Assembly (NCBI RefSeq): GCF_036971445.1
Contig: NC_091476.1
Location: 174,282,001-174,346,000, forward strand
DNA length: 64,000 nt
Direction of reading: 5' to 3'
Source: Narcine bancroftii
Taxonomy: Eukaryota
Made by a program: the position numbers and the translations under genes. How positions within the stretch are numbered: the stretch's first letter is position 1; each line of letters opens with the position of its first letter. Of the stretch, positions 62,077 through 64,000 are shown one piece after another. The notes under the pieces are model-generated. The model had not been told where the DNA came from. It did no database searches and saw only the letters and a list, made by a program, of their open reading frames with translations.

Positions 62077-62620
62077 CGAAGCCGTGGAGTGAGGGAGACG
62101 CGGAGCGGCCAGTCGCCCTGAAGCCGGAATCGCTGCTGGGAACCGCGCGGTTTTCAATGAACGGGCTGGTTGCTGTAAGTTGGTTGGGGCTGAAGGCGGA
62201 GCCGCCATTTCCCCCTCGGTCGCGCCGGTTCCCCCCCCCCCCCCCCACCCCACCGGCCCACAGCCTCGGGGCAGGGGGGCGGCCGCCGGCGGCTCTTGGG
62301 ACCGGCGACCACCCGCTCGCAGCCTCGGGCGTTGGGCTGGTTGTGGGGCCCTCGCTTCACGGCGACTCCGGGCACGGAGCAGGTCCGAGAGCGGAGTGAA
62401 GCGTGTGGACGGATCGTGGAGTGACTCCGGGAGTGGTTCCGGGTTACTCGGCTCGGCTCGGGCTGGGGGGCTGGGGCTGGGTTTCTTTGGATGGGGGGGG
62501 GGGGGATTTTTTCCTGGAGTAATGGGAAACGGGCAGCACCGGGTCTGGTTGGAGTTCGGGGCAGAGCCGGGAACGAGAGCAACTCCGGCTCTGATCCTGC
62601 AAACTCCCCCGCCGTGAACT
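62077..62620 (+). promoter_or_regulatory. CpG island, probable promoter/non-coding first exon of the next gene (STK40 by synteny, not seen directly)
   Basis: CpG-dense non-repetitive block with a GTAAGT donor at 62175. Mammalian order OSCP1-LSM10-STK40 is co-directional. No coding exon lies inside the window. Confidence 0.5.
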
Positions 62621-62707
62621 TTCCGGCCTCATGTCCCTCATTAATTCCCATGCACGTGGGGTGGGGGGGGGTGGAGTGAAGTCTGGTGGGTCACAAGGAC
62701 TCTCAGA

Positions 62708-63068
62708 AGCCCCTTTCACACTTGCATCCCAGTAACGTGGCCATTCACCGCCCCGGGATAGGAATGGGGGGGTGGGGGTTTGGCCTTTCACACTGGACCA
62801 CTCCACACTGGGACACGCCACGCTTTCACGCTTGCAAGGGTCTCTCCCCGGCGTTTGGGCTCTTACTTTTAATCAGAACTGCCCGCGATGCAATTGCCCG
62901 TTTCACACTTGCCCGATCTCAACGCCGGGGATTGTACTCGGGGTCTAGGCTGGCAATCTCCGGCGTGGGCAGACGCCGGCGTTGAGCAGATTTTGCTTTC
63001 ACACTTGCCACTTGAAAGGCCGATTGGTGTTTGATTCCTGGGATCACCTGCCAAGTTTGAAAGGGGCT
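62708..63068. mobile_element. Non-autonomous DNA transposon, PIF/Harbinger-like
   Basis: TIRs AGCCCCTTTCACACTTG (62708-62724) and CAAGTTTGAAAGGGGCT (63052-63068), 16/17 match. TTTCACACT-like motif recurs internally. TSD unclear, so the superfamily call is tentative. Confidence 0.65.
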
Positions 63069-63353
63069 TTTCAGATTTCGTATTGATGGAATTGGAACTG
63101 CAGAGGAGGAGGCCATTGGACTCATTAAGTCCATGCCAGTTCTTTGTGGAGCAGTTTAGTTTTATTTCCCTTTTGTAGGTGTGTAAAATCACTCTCAACA
63201 AACTTTCCTAATTTCACCTTGAAAACCCTGATTGTCTCAGTTTCCACCACTTTTCTGAAGGATTCCATTTAGCAACTAGTCTCTTCACAAAATAAGTTTT
63301 CTTTCACCTTTGTCCCTTGCTCTTTGTCTTCTCAAGGCTCCAATGGCTTAGAG

Positions 63354-63700
63354 CAATGGTTCTCAACCTTTTTCTTTCCACTCACTTACCACTTTAAGTG
63401 CTCTGTGATGGATTAAGATGGTATATGATTGGGAAGGGAAGGTTGAGAATCTCTGCTCTAGACCCAATTGTGACTGAAATATTTGGCTTGAGAAAAATTG
63501 TCATTGACCCATTTCCTTTGGAGTTCTGAAACCACGCACATAACGAGTGAATAATGTACAATTAAAACAGTGGTTTTCAACCTTTTTCTTTCAACCCACA
63601 TCCCACCTTAAGCAAACCCTTACTCATCACAGAGCACTTATGGCATAGGGATTACTCAAAGTGGGATGTGAGTGGAAAGAAAAAGGGTTGAGAACCACTG
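63354..63700. mobile_element. Composite hAT/Charlie-like MITE
   Basis: CAATGGTTCTCAACC ... GGTTGAGAACCACTG TIRs; flanks GCTTAGAG/GTTTAGAA (6/8 TSD); same dimeric layout as 37110-37476. Confidence 0.8.
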
Positions 63701-64000
63701 GTTTAGAACACTGATTTTGTTAACCAGGGGTCGCAAGTTCGTTCCTCACTGGGGCCTCATTTCTGTGAGGGGTTGGACAAAGCGGTGACTCTCTGTCTTA
63801 CGGTAAACAAAGTTAAAGAATTTCATGCATGTTACATTCTAAATATAGTATTACGTGATAAAGTAGGTTTCATTCGATAGTGTGTCCAATTGGTCCGTGG
63901 ACAAACTTGTAATGACTTCTCTGATCCATCTAAATCAAATAATCTTTCACTTTGCTATCAAATCTTTTTTGGCCCAAGAAGAACTAGACCTTTTCCAATG

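Noticed and set aside
59780-62399. 700-820 aa ORFs in all six frames
   Set aside because: The 20-bp unit has no stop codon in any frame, so six open frames are expected without coding function.

Overview
Vertebrate genomic DNA. The repeat content (CR1, Rex1/Babar, Penelope-like, V-SINE, RTE) suggests a cartilaginous fish, which is an inference. The window holds the complete 10-exon OSCP1 gene on the + strand (CDS 4459-41157; exons traced by GT-AG sites sum to 1140 nt, 379 aa). It is followed by the single-coding-exon U7 snRNP gene LSM10 (47872-48237) with a CpG-island 5' exon. A third CpG island at about 62.1-62.6 kb is probably the 5' end of the next gene, STK40 by mammalian synteny. The rest is mostly decayed transposons: an L1 with two nested insertions carrying TSDs, a two-LTR Gypsy element with TSD, fold-back Penelope-like elements with hammerhead-like motifs, hAT and Harbinger-like MITEs, CR1, Rex1 and SINEs. 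There are four large GC-rich tandem arrays, a ~750-bp direct duplication flanking LSM10, and a 185-N assembly gap. All long ORFs in the supplied track at 4.5-6.5, 33-35 and 60-62 kb are repeat artefacts. I see no convincing novel protein-coding system. The best leads are non-coding: the fold-back Penelope/hammerhead family, a possibly self-priming Gypsy element, VNTRs beside every promoter, and a minisatellite apparently born from the LSM10-flanking duplication.
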